A DNA stretch of 64,000 bases. Source: Ostrea edulis (Eukaryota). Below the pieces are notes generated by a model. That model had not been told where the DNA came from, made no database searches, and was given only the letters and a program-made list of their open reading frames with translations. This document shows positions 1 to 12,789 of this stretch, piece after piece (the stretch's first letter is position 1; each line of letters starts with the position of its first letter). The stretch is from contig NC_079168.1 in the NCBI RefSeq assembly GCF_947568905.1, forward strand, positions 71,858,001-71,922,000, written 5' to 3'. The translations under genes and the position numbers were made by a program.

Positions 1-625
1 CGTTTGCACTTCCTTTGTTTCTGAGCAGAATTTAAAGAATCTCGTTCCCGTGTTGAATTAGAATTGGTGTTATTTATGTTGATACTTTTTGGAATACCTA
101 GTCCGATAACTCGCATGGTAGAAAACCATCTCAGAATTCGCAGATAAGGATACACGTCCGTTCTAAAATAACAATAATATTAAACTCAAACAACGCCACC
201 CTCATTTTGTGACACCTGGTGAATTTTTGTTGTATATGAATGGATATGTGTGAGTAAAAGTAAGTGAAAGGTAACAATGATAGAAAGGAGTTCTTCTATT
301 ATGATGTAACCTATATCTAGTATGTAAATCCGTCCACTTCAACATTGTGCACACCAATTTCAGAGCCAGGTGTACTGTGTATACAAGTAAAGGAATAAAA
401 TACGCATTTTGCAAAGGATAGTTGGATATTTACAGGAAAGACAATTGATGTCTTACTTTAATTGATTTAGCAAGTATGCAAGATATACTTTTACCAAGAA
501 ATGCAGCAACCGGAAGTTTTCAAACCGGAAGGAGAAGAACTAGCTTAATCCTACTGAAGCAAATAATAATTTACTACACATGTAGTAGTTTGATATACAA
601 CACGAATACGAATTACAATCGATGA

Positions 626-877
626 ATCCCGTGGGGATCCGGGTTAGAATAGGTCCTCAGCAGCCCTTGTTTGTCGTAAGAGGCGACTAAATGGGGTGGT
701 CCTTCGGATGAGATCGCAAAAACCGAGGCCCTGTGTCACAGCAAGTGTGGCACGATAAAGATCCCTCCCTGCTCAATGGCCACAAGCGCCGAGCATAGGC
801 CTAAATTTTGCAGCCCTACACCGGCAATGGTGACGTCTGAAAAATTATCGAGCGGGACGTTAAACAATGTACAACCA
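626..877 (+). mobile_element. Nin/Deu-domain SINE, head type A, full length
   Basis: CCCGTGGGGATCC head; TTCGGATGAG...CCGAGG...GGCACGATAAAGATCC core; CAAC-type tail; 11-bp TSD ACAATCGATGA at 615-625 and 878-888. Confidence 0.85.
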
Positions 878-2571
878 ACAATCGATGATAAAAACGCAAA
901 TCATTGGTTTGATCATGGCACTTCATTGAATGTCAGTATGAATACGAACATTTCCAGCTTTAGTTCAGAATGGAAAAAAAATCAGGACAGATCTTCGTCT
1001 TAGCAATAAAAAAAAAAGTTTGAACAAACGATTTCACAGTCTTCCATACCATTTTTTAAAAGTATTCATAGTCTTGAAATTACTACTGTAAGTTTTGCAT
1101 TGTTTCCGTGTTAACATGCAGTTTTAGCTATTTTTATTTTCTTGTAAATCATGTAGTTAAATGTTTCTGTCGTCAAGGTTATGAAAATATTCAGAACGTT
1201 TTCTTACAACCATATATGTACAATCTGCCGCTTGAACGACTTTTTAGCCTACCATCCATTCACATTCCCGTGATTCACATTTCTTACTGAATGTGGAAGT
1301 CTTCACCCAAAAGATAACAAACCGACTCTTATTTATAGAGAAAACAACAACAAATATGAGAGTATCTGATTTCTTTTTAATTTCATGATGATATGCAAAT
1401 TTTGTACATTCCAAGACAAGATTCCTTATCTAATAAATAATCGAGAAACTATTTCAAATTGCTAGAAATCATATTGCATACCATGACCACTGCCGATTCC
1501 CAGAAAAATGAGGTTCACCATAATAATTGTTAGATTAAACAGATCGGATAAGAGAAGAATGAGATCTCTCTAGGAAATAATGGGAAAGTTCATTGTTTTA
1601 TCACTTATACGCGTGTCCTTTTGTCATTGATAATAAACACGTTACACTTAGGATGCTCTGTACTTTCAGAGATCTTATCAATATCAAATCGCATTGCAGG
1701 ATTCCTGGATCTGATAAACCGAGTATAATGGGAAGTGTCATTCACAGATAATTGTGTGTATGATGGGAACAATATGTAGATATATCTCTCCGTTTCCTTT
1801 TGCAAGAAAAACGTAAATACCGGATCAATATTAGTATTTTTTTTTAAAAAGTTGATTCGTGGGTTACAGAGATACAATAGTGACTTTCCTTCCTACGCAG
1901 AAGTCCTTGTTGTTGTGACCTTACGCAAAATGGAGGGCCACAATTTGATCATATAAACCTACTCGCTACTAGCATATTTATATATATCATAAATTATAAC
2001 CTCAATTTGACCATCTCGATTTACGGTTACAAAGTTCAGTTTAGCAATGTCTAGTTGTGGCCAAATACTTATATTTACACGTTGCTGCTTGAAGGACTTT
2101 TTTCTGTCTGCTATTCACTCTTCAGTTCTCCCTCAGGGAAAACGCACTCTCTTCTTACTAATCGTGGAAGTCTTTACAAACATAGCATAGGGTCCTCCTA
2201 ATACTGTTTATAGAAATAACAACAAATATCAAGATAATTTTTCATGATGATAAGCAATTCTTATAAATTCTTAAACAGAATGTTTTCATCATATAAACAT
2301 TCGAAATATTTATTTCAAATACTGGTTATAGGTAACTTAGCATGACGATGGACAATTTCCGAAATAAGATACTTCCAAAATAATAACAACGTATGCTTGT
2401 AATACAAGGGAATGACATCTAATAATTTGTCAAAAGAAAAGAATATTTGTCCATTTTGGTAAATGGCCTTGAACAGTCATATTCTAATTGTAGATTTATA
2501 GTATAAAATATTGTAAATTGGTGACAATTTCAAGAAATCAATACAATGCATACTTCTATGATATCAATATT

Positions 2572-2836
2572 GATTGATTGAATAATGTTTGACGTCCCTC
2601 TCGAGAATATTTCACTCATATGGAGACGTCACCACTGCTGGTGAAGGGCTACAAAATTTAGGCCTATGCTCAGCGCTTATGGTCATTGATCAGGGAGAGA
2701 TCTTTATCGTACCACACCTGCTGGGACACGGGGCTTCGGTTTTTTGCGGTCTCATCCGAAGGACCGCCCCATTTAGTCGCCTCTAACGACAAGCAACGGG
2801 GTACTGAGGACCTATTCTAACCCGGATCCCCACGGG
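2572..2836 (-). mobile_element. Nin/Deu-domain SINE, type A, full length
   Basis: Same family; 14-bp TSD ATGATATCAATATT at 2558-2571 and 2837-2850. Confidence 0.88.
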
Positions 2837-2916
2837 ATGATATCAATATTTAAGTAATCAATACAATTCATACTTCTATGATACCAATATTAAAGTAGTA
2901 CAGGTGTATGTTATGC

Positions 2917-3350
2917 ATCTAATCGGTATCCTCATACTTCCCTTATCTAACCGGTATCTTCATTCTTCCTTTATCTAACCGGTATCCTCATACTTCCTTT
3001 ATCTAATCGGTATCCTCATACTTCCTTTATCTAATCGGTATCCCCATACTTCCTTTATCTTCATACTTCCTTTATCTAATCGGTATCTTCATACTTCCTT
3101 TATTTAATCGGTATCTTCATACTTCCTTTATCTTCATACTTCCTTTATCTAATCGGTATCCTCATACTTCCTTTATCTAATCGGTATCCTCATACTTCCT
3201 TTATCTAATCGGTATCCTCATACTTCCTTTATCTAATCGGTATCCTCATACTTCCTTTATCTAATCGGTATCCTCATACTTCCTTTATCTAATCGGTATC
3301 CTCATACTTCCTTTATCTAATCGGTATCTTCATACTTCCTTTATCCAAAT
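2917..3350. repeat. 28-bp minisatellite, about 15 copies
   Basis: Unit ATCTAATCGGTATCCTCATACTTCCTTT, with two shortened units. Confidence 0.95.
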
Positions 3351-3625
3351 CAGACACTGCTAGCTTGTACAGTTATCTGTTTTTAACAGCGATGATTTCC
3401 AATGTAAATTGAATTTTCTAAGTTGAAATTTGGGAGGATATATATCAACCGGTGCACTTAGAATATTAAAAAAAGAAGAATTTTGACTCTGGGTGATTTG
3501 GCAGTTAATTCTTGGACATTTATTTTTCTTCCCAGAAAGTTCTCTCTTTAAAGAGTGATTTGGCCTATACAATCGTGGAATGATGATTAATATTTTGATC
3601 CACTACGAAGTCCATAGATCATACG

Positions 3626-3876
3626 TTGGTTGATTGTATCTTGTTTAACGTCCCTCTCGAGAATAGTTCACTCATATGGAGACGTCATCACTGCCGGTGA
3701 AAGGCTGCAAAATTTAGGCCTATGCTCGGCGCTTAAGACCTTTGAGCAGATGGGGAACACCTGCTGTGACACAAGGTCTTGGTTTTTGTGGTCTCATCCG
3801 AAGGACCGCCCCACTTAGTAGCCTCTTACGAAAGGCAAGTGGTACTGAGGACCTATTCTAACCCGGATCCCCACGG
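3626..3876 (-). mobile_element. Nin/Deu-domain SINE, type A
   Basis: Aligns to the 2572-2836 copy with a short internal deletion. Confidence 0.85.
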
Positions 3877-6800
3877 CACCGTAAATCGTAGGAGAGAGCG
3901 ATATATATATTTTCAGAAGTCTATAACTGAATATGAATCTGCTTTTGCTACAGTTGTACAAATGAGCAGAAAAATTACCACGTGTAGAACCTGATCATCA
4001 GAACAAATTCACTCAAATGTAAAGACATTGTCTGAGGAGGATAGATTAAAATCAGCCTGAAAATCCGCATGTGCAACAGGTGTCCTTCTGTGATCACTGC
4101 TTAGTCGACACCTGACGAGGTACGCTGCACTCTTAGGGGTAACTGATCCATCTCATTCTAACTCTTTATCTGTTGCCTTTAGAAAAGAGTTTTATATTTT
4201 TTCGTCAGCTGTAACTTTTCATGTTACACTTGTGTCTCTTCATATTGCAGTGCAAGAAAATTTTGAAAGACATTCCACTTTGTCATGGAAATTTATTTGT
4301 ACCCAAAAAATTAACTGTAAATTCTTACATTACTGGAGAGAAGTACATTGAAAATAAAAACTAGTGCGTGTACCTGATTTTCAAGATTTACGTCGATACA
4401 ACGAGAACGGAGTATATGTGTTCAACGTGCAAGCTAATTAACCAAACCATGTCCAAGAATTGTAGCCAAAGGAGCTGAGCTAGCAGAAAACTGATAAATT
4501 AAGACACAGAAAATGGTGAACCTATGTTCCAGGCCGACAAATAGCTAAAAGCATTTTTCATGGAGTTATATTGGAAGTTTTGCTATTTCAGAGGATGGGA
4601 TAATACCTACATGATATCTTGTAAAAATCTTCCAGAAATGCGGGTTTTGAAATGGTAAAATCCACACTTATCAAACACATTTAGAAATGATAAAGTACCG
4701 TCTGTTGCTTTTAATGATTTGACAATGATTTTTTTTTCTGCGCGTGTCTGAAAGTCTCCACATATTAAACAAACAAAAACTATACAAATGCAATGTCATC
4801 CCAGATTTCCTATTTTTATTCAATCATGATAAAACACTTTTTTGACATTTCATAAATAATTTTTTTTTCATAAAAAGATCTAAAGATGTAAAAACGATTC
4901 GTCTGTTATCACTGTGGTCAAGTGTGGGCGAAAATGTGAAAGTTCAAGTACAAGTATGTTAACCATGTAACAAGTTTCCAACAAGATGAAATAAACCTCA
5001 CTTGATGTAAATTTACTTGTCTTTGCATCAATTTCATGGCAGATTGGCCAGTGTCCTATTATATTGTATTTCGTAACAGCATACAACGATTTACTAGGCT
5101 AAGCAATTGAGCAATATACCAAACTATTAATTATTTTAATTGACTCACGCGTGTAACCTTATACGGGTGTTTCTGTGTGAAACGCACCGACCAGGTAAAC
5201 CAATTGTAAAGAAAGCACAGTTCAATCGCCATCATTTATCAAGTGGTTTACTTTCAATAGGCAGCAGAAGAGAGGACGTGTAAACAGCTTGACACCTTTA
5301 AGATTTTAATTTACGGCTGGCTTTGAACACAGCCGTATGTGTTTTAGCACCTGCAGTGATTGTAACAAGGACCAAGGTAGTTGACTCTTCATAAACAAAC
5401 ATTAAGAACAAAGTGATCGATTCTGTTAAGGTGACTGTCCCACATTTTGACGAATTTTACCTTAATCTCGCCATCATTAAGGGTCGGGATCATCAACGTA
5501 TCGGCTTACCACGGTCCCATAGTAACACCATTGTATTCTATGCTGCTGTAGGTACTGGAAAAGACAGGGTGTTTCTCGTCATAACTTTTTATTGTGCCAG
5601 GAGGGTCCCAGGGTCACATAACGTTAATGTCACTTTCGTATAGAAAGATGAACGACCATGACTATGCGAATCCGTAAACATGACAATGCTAGACATTTAT
5701 TCCTCAAAAGCAATTTTAAAAGATTCTATAAAGAAAAGGGAAATAAAAGCTTTGCGAATAAAAGATAATGAACCCAGACCACATGTCATGGCTCATCCGG
5801 ACTATGTTTTTGACAAATGTCGTTATATTTAACTAAATTGTATTCACTTAAGTGTATATGTGTTTACGCATGCGCTGCCACAAATTCGAATTTTAACTGA
5901 AATCAACTAATGCGATAAATAAACCACGAAATGATTTCCTTCTATTGAGGGATTGCAGACCCTTTTCTGCATTTTTCAGATTCCAGAAGGATGTGTTTGT
6001 AGTGTGGTGTTCACGTATTTGTCTTTGAAATCTTCTAAAGCTCTTTGTTTTTAAACGTTCTACAACCTTGAAAGAATTAATAGGGAGATAACGCAATGCC
6101 TTGCTTCCTGGTGAACAAAACAAATACAATAGGCAACACTTCCAGATTTTCAATAAAGTTTTATGTTATTTCACCTTGAATTGTCTTTGATAATGTCCAC
6201 GACAACTCAAAGTGACCATAGAAGTGGCCGGTCCAAAGTCTGCAAGATCTCTAGTACCCTGTTGTGCTGTTTATATGACTTTGAAGTTTTCGTGACCTTC
6301 TGAAACTGTTTTGAAAGCCGACTCGATAATGACCACGATCACACACTTACCATTGCAGTGGTCAGTGCAGAGTCCGTGGTGGTTATCAGTATTTGCAGTA
6401 AACTTTCAACAGTTTCTCTCAAGGTCTTCAGATAAGTGGCAATATTTTTCTCTCGTTTCGGTTGAATCACTGTTATCTGTGTTTTTCAGAAGTCTTGATG
6501 TTTATTACAAGAGACCTTGACAATGTCATATCTGTAGTTTGCCACTTTGGAAATCACAAAAACTGGTAATGATCGGTATTTATATATCCATATATTACTC
6601 TTCACCTGCAATCTTCACGGTGTAAATTGTGAAGGGTTGTACTTTTAACGTTTGCTTAAACTTACAGTTACCCCTAAAAAGAGCATCTTCAAAAAGACAT
6701 ATCCTTAAATGTACTGCTGAACAAGAGTAATTTCTGTCGATATATCATAAATGATTCCTATTGACGGCCTTTTATGATTCTTTTATATTACAGTTACACT

Positions 6801-8199
6801 ATCTGCGCTTTATCTTTTATCACAAATTTGGTTATTTCTAACAAAACACACACCAGGAGGTCTGTTGATGTATGGTGTCAAATTCATAAACATATATGCT
6901 AAATATAAATTCTATATATTTACCATGAATTCTGTAAATAAAAGTCACTCAGGAGTCATGCACATAAACTCAACAATGTGTGAAATACGATTTATCAAAT
7001 CATTATGCAAATTACTCAAAACATGAGAGACTTAACAACCTTGTAATTTGTAGAAAAGGTCGATGTTCTGGTCAAACCAATAACAAAAACAACTGCAGGT
7101 CAGCTGGAAAAGACTTTGATGGATCTCTCTTTCTCTCAATTTTAAAAAATAATACGAGATTTTCGCAGATAAGCGCAAGTGGTTGTAAAAATGAACATCA
7201 TTAAATTAGCTTGCTTACAAGTATAGATGTTCAGTTTGTAGTCCTTTGAGTGTTCCTGTAATTTGCATCAATCCTTTCAATGAATACGATTAGGTTTTAA
7301 AAAACAAAACATACATGAATTGAATGGCATGTTTTATTTTATGCGTTTGATTCCATGACATCTGTAGTAGAATTTGAAATCTACATTGTATTCCGATATA
7401 CAGGTGTCATTTTATCAAACAAACTACAAGTGTGTATGTATTCATCTAATTCATTAGAAAATTTTAGAAATTAGTCAACGACACAGCAAGTTGTTCATAG
7501 AATTAACGACAGTTACGACCCCCGCAAATTACGATATTTATCAATCGACAAATGATTTAATGTTTAAAAATATATTTCATTGTTTTCAATAATTCATAAA
7601 ACGTCCCAATTTCATTACCACACTTCTTGTCATTGTTAATTCTCTTTGTAATTGATCAAATGAAGAAAGAAAAAACCCAGAGATCAATGATTAGCCTTGT
7701 TAAGCCCTATAGACCGTGTATAAATGCCTACAATGGAAATGTCGCTTCGACATCTACAATCCATCACCCATCCTCCTACACCAAATGTTGACAAAACAGA
7801 GGACTAACCAGAATCTACACAGGAGACGCAGACGGAAAAAAAAAACCAAGAGACAAAATCTGTTACTAACAACCATAAATACGCCCGCAATAAAACTTCT
7901 TACTCAATCATTTTTATTTATGGTTTACCTTCATTTGTTATTGGCTCCTACAGAAAAGAGTTCCGCTATAGGCAGCGAAACAGTATGACAAGCTGTACTT
8001 TAACTTTATGATTGTGCTTTTTGTATACAAAACTGCAAATAGCATCTTGGATGAATGAAACTCCAAAAATATAACACAAAGAATTTAAATGTTCCCCATG
8101 CTTTTCCTGACTGTTTCATTTAAAATATGTTTGTGTATAACGGGATTCTTTTTCTATTTCGCAGGAGGAATCTATAAGTAAACTGTAGATAATTAGAAG

Positions 8200-8520
8200 A
8201 TGTTTTGGCACTGGATAAAAGATGGCACTCTGCATCGAATCCCAGAGATACGTTTTCATCTCTCATCGCCCACCTACGCCGGGTGTTTAACTGTTTGGTG
8301 TTCCATGCCGTCTGCTTACAATCCCGTTACACTCTATGTTCGTCTCATTCTCACCTAAACTCTTGGCAGCTATATATTGAAACTCGTGCACATCGCATTA
8401 AGAAAAACTCTTAAGCACAATCATTCAACAATTAGATAATTTTCTCAGGAAAACCTTACAATACCCCTGTTGATAAATGGGTCCGGATGTGCGAGAAATG
8501 TGACGAATTGAAACGTCAAC
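8200..8520 (+). mobile_element. Gypsy-like integrase zinc-binding region relic
   Basis: KDGTLHR, then HSH...TRAHRIKK, then VDKWVRMCEKC (8469-8501), across frameshifts. Confidence 0.45.
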
Positions 8521-10003
8521 AATGTGTTCGTACCTATCTTTAATGATAAAAAAAAATCAACAGCAAAAAAGTCAAAAGCTGAAATATTGTTTAGGGCGGA
8601 GGTAAATTTCAACAAAGGAAGGCGATATTATTTGGGAGGGGGTGTATGAAGAGACACTCAAACTGTTCATCGCCGAAAGCATTGCAGTATTGTTAAAACT
8701 CTATCAAACAGCTCAATTTCCTCATCCATTTTAAAATAATTATTTGATGTTTATCTTTATCAGTATGGATTCTGTATCATTTATAAGCTGGATGGAATTA
8801 GCGAAATCTTTAATACATTATGTAAACAAGACCATTTGATAAATAAATCTAAAACGGATTGTATTGACCGTCTCTTTGAAATGTTAGATAAAAGAATCAT
8901 ACAACGAATTAACCTAAATTGGATTGTATGACCCGACTCTTTGATATGATAATAACCGCAACGAAAACACGAATCGGTGAGCTTTGAAAATCATTTTTCC
9001 CAATACATCACAGCAGGGCATCAAGCGTAAAAATTGATACTTCGATCTAAAAATAAGGGTAACGACTTGTACTAGATTTAATTAAATTAAACATTATGAG
9101 CAATATTCTAGGTTATTCATAGCCTATTGAAATATGTCAAAGGACATCTATTCCTGCCTGAACCGGAACCTCCATCATCAAAATCGATGCCTTCAATTAG
9201 GTCGTTGATCTATTTGTAATTTACAAATGACACTACTTTGTATCACCGGTATGTATATAATTAGTAACCCCAAATGTGATTACCCTTGGACTACTTTATA
9301 CCAGTTAATAAATGGCTTATAGTGGTTTATAAATGTGTTGTGAGTGCATTGGAAGGGATGATTCACATCAAAGCTTCACACACTGTTGAAAGCGAAGACG
9401 AGGACGATGAAAGACATTTAAATGAAATAAATACATTTACTTCGTAACACAGACTCGGAGATGTGTTCAGGTTTGTATGAAAAACCCACGGTTTTTTATA
9501 CAAGTCAGTGAGGCATAGCAATCAACCCGCGATAATCGTGTTAACTTTTTTCTCACTTTTCCGCCCCCATCATATTACCATATCTTAACAGTACACAAAA
9601 AATAAAACAGCATATCATATTCGCTCAGATGCATCATTTATTTAAATCAGGATATGAAATGCAAGAGTACAATCAATTAATGGATTTAAATGTCTTCGTG
9701 ACATTACACTTCTTCTGGTTCTACCAGGAACTGGTACACTACTGTGGAAAATCCAATACCACACCTTTTTTTTCAGTACAAACCGAGGTATGCAATCAAA
9801 GTCCGGCACGTAACACGTGGTCATTTCAGGTCATTTGCTTGGGTCAAGTCCAAGTCAGTTCATCATGCGCGCTATCTTTGTCCGATCACCGGTTTTTTTT
9901 TAATTGGTTTAGACCTGTGCTTCATTCGTTCACTAAGGGTTGTGAAACAGACGCATGGGGTATACGTCTTCAATGTGAAACCAAAGTAATAGTGCTATTA
10001 AGT

Positions 10004-10758
10004 TCAGCGTCCTAACACTCGGCGGAAAATGTTCCCCATTCTTTTTCTTTGTTTCAAAGCAGTAAGTACAACGTTCTCAAACACACTCTGTACGCTCTGC
10101 AAGTCCGCCGAGGAACACTCTAGGTACCGATCCGCCCCGATTTCTTTGGCCATTTTTTGTCCCTCTTCAGTAGTGACACTGTCCCCTCCCGGAGTGACCT
10201 CCTCCATGCTGACACTGTCCACTCCATGGGAGGATCGGGTATCCGTTTGGGTAGCCACTACGATAATTGGAACGCGTTTTCCTAGAAAGTCTTTGACTTC
10301 AGGGGCCCAGAATTCCCGGACACTCTCAAAGGAGTCCCTGTCGGACACCGAGAAACAGAGCAGGAGGACTTCGCTGTCCTTGTAGCTGAAGGACCGCAGT
10401 TCAGTGTACTCATGCTGAAAAACACACACACAAAACCCATTAATCTAAGCAATAAGAACAAGTTTGATGTACTTCATAGTTATAAACTTGAAGCAAAACT
10501 AAATCTTTATTGTTTTCTTTGGATATAGAAAATAAGTACTTAATCGACGCTTACCTCTCCGGCGGAATCAAAGATGCTGACCACATATTTGTCCCCTCCC
10601 ACTGTGGATTTACCGGCATAGTTATTAAAGACGGTAGACACATACTCCTGGGGCATAGTTTGTTGGGAGAACACCTCCGACAGACATGTTTTCCCCACCA
10701 TCCCGTCGCCGATCACCGTGCAGCTAATAGGCTTTTTCATGTCGCTTAGATGGACCAT
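10004..10758 (-). CDS. Atypical Rho-family GTPase paralogue 1 (Cdc42/RhoL-like), 204 aa; exons 10758-10555 and 10414-10004
   Basis: Spliced ORF has G1 GDGMVGKT, switch I YVSTVFNNY, G3 DSAGE, G4 ATQTD, G5 ECSS. The 140-nt intron runs GTAAGC...TTTCAG, phase 0. Ends RKRMGNIFRRVLGR-stop with no CAAX. Confidence 0.93.
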
Positions 10759-12170
10759 CGTATTCCCCTTAACAAAATGAACGCAGAGTCGATTGAATAA
10801 TGATAAAAATAGACAAGATCGCGCAGTTTTTAAACGTAGTCTAAGTCATGGGATTCGCTGGCAGCCAATCATGTGCGGGCTCACGCGGCTCTCTGATTAC
10901 CTGTATAGATTTTTACCTTTGTAACGAGGTGTGACAGTGTTTGTATTTCCTATCGTATTCACGATAATCCTGATTCTGGAACTTCCGTTTACGTTCGGAT
11001 TAATGACGAAAGACACAAACAATTACCGAATGTCACTAAAAATTACACGTTATTTCGCGAGAGTTTCTGATTTAGAACTCTGAGTTATCAGAAAGAAATG
11101 CAATACCTTTATCATTAATATTCTATCAATACATCGGTAAAAGTATTATCTACAATCATGTGTTTTGTTGCACGTTTAAAATTCATATTTATTTGTTTCG
11201 TCCCAGATTTTTGCACTAATTACGCAACGTCACATTTTCTTTATATTTTATTTAATATATATATATATATATATAAATCTGTGTGTGTGTTTCGTCCTAT
11301 ATTTTGCATTAATTACGCAATTCTTTAACAAATTACAAATCAGAAATAAGCTATGATTGGCACTATTAGATTTTACATGCTTCCTTGCACTTTTGTTTAT
11401 ATAATACGGTAAATGTACATGTTTTGCAGTTGGTGCTATTAATATATTCAATTATTTAAGCATTGGGGATTAACTGCTTATAAAGTATAAAAATCCTTGA
11501 AAACAATCAAGATTTCCTTTCAGTTTTAATTTGCCTTTATTTACACTCTTTAAAATCACCACCAAATGCATCTAATACTGCTTGGTCCCAGCCTGAGGTC
11601 ATTGACCGGAAGGCAAGACTTCGGACGGTTCCTATATACCAAAGTTTGACAATGGCATTGACCTCCGATTTGGTCAGTCTTTTTTTTTAATGACATTCAA
11701 ATATTTTTCTCCTCCAAGTTGTTTGATTACCGAGAAATTAGAAATCAGGTCAAGTTTTTTTTTTTCGTGGAATCAACAGCCTTCGTGCATGCATTATCAC
11801 CTAGGTAAACACAGATGGCGCTTGTTCGTACCTGTATTAGCGTTCTCTAAAAGTTGTATACATAATGTGTATCCTTGATGTAATAAAGTAGGACGGAAGA
11901 TAGATACGCATTCTGAGTATTATTATAAATCATCAAATAAGATAATTACATTAATAGTAAGAATTACCTCCTGTTGAAGTAGAAAGAAGTGGATATTTTA
12001 CATCAACCAATTATCCTATAGCACCGTCTCTTGCTAACCCCCCACCCCCAGATTATAATCTACAGACACAGTCTTATTAAGTTTTACATTAATTTGTGGA
12101 TAGGGGTACAGGTGTTTTGCATGGACTTAAATAGTTAATTTAGATATGTGAGGTATATTAGGTTTTTTTT

Positions 12171-12239
12171 GTTGCTGTTGATATTGTATATGTTGCTGTT
12201 GATATTGTATATGTTGCTGTTGATATTGTATATGTTGCT
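12171..12239. repeat. 21-bp tandem repeat, 3.3 copies
   Basis: Unit GTTGCTGTTGATATTGTATAT. Confidence 0.9.
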
Positions 12240-12789
12240 TTTGGAGGAAGTGAATATTTCACAAATGAATTAATTTTGTTTCATAGCACTGTTTCTCGTT
12301 ACCCTTTGTATCAAGTTAATTAACAAAACAAGATGTGTTACATACGCGTCTTCATTTCAGCTGAGTCAGCAATCAGCATATGACACCACCTTATTCATTA
12401 TGAGTATTGAGTATGTCCATTGCATATATGAACAATATAACTGTGTGCTGGAACTCAGTCCTGTATTATATTTGTGATTTGAAACATATGTTCAGTGTTA
12501 TGCCCGTTCCAATTGGGAATAAATAAATCATATCATATAGGCCTACATGAGATTATAATGAGAATATATTATTGTTTGCAAAGTGTATCAAAAGAAAATT
12601 CAAGTTTCAATTAAAGTAGGATGGAAATACATATTTCATACTAGAACGTTCAACCTGCATTATACGTGGTAACGGAGAGCACCAGTATTAACAGATCTCC
12701 CGGACCATGTGACTAATGACTAACTAATATAGTGAAGATGTTTGTCTACAACCGGATCCTGCCCAGTTTACAATTAAACACTCTAGTTT

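Larger units (their letters stand above)
371..4830 (+). pseudogene. Decayed Toll-like-receptor-like sequence(s), interrupted by three SINEs and a minisatellite
   Basis: Manual translation. One frame from 4382 reads ...GVYVFNV...HVQEL*PKE...KL...TYVPGRQIAKSIF...GFEM, resembling TIR boxes 1-2 and the WCxFE region. Upstream are NFSCYTC (cap-like, about 4215), LRR-like TFRDLINIK and DLSR (about 1560-1690) and CTVY...AFCKG*L...IDLAS (371-475). Many stops and frameshifts; no HMM was run. Confidence 0.5.

Noticed and set aside
2917-3350. 28-bp array as a CRISPR-like structure
   Set aside because: The units are contiguous with no unique spacers, the context is eukaryotic and there are no cas genes.
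9958-9978. Peptide GVYVFNV appears here and at about 4409 with only synonymous differences
   Set aside because: A 7-residue match is expected by chance across six frames of 64 kb, and the flanks do not align.
9629-10749. Plus-strand ORFs 9629-10015, 10029-10385 and 10510-10749, and similar ORFs opposite the other paralogues
   Set aside because: They are antisense shadows of the GTPase exons or their UTRs and have no recognisable domain.
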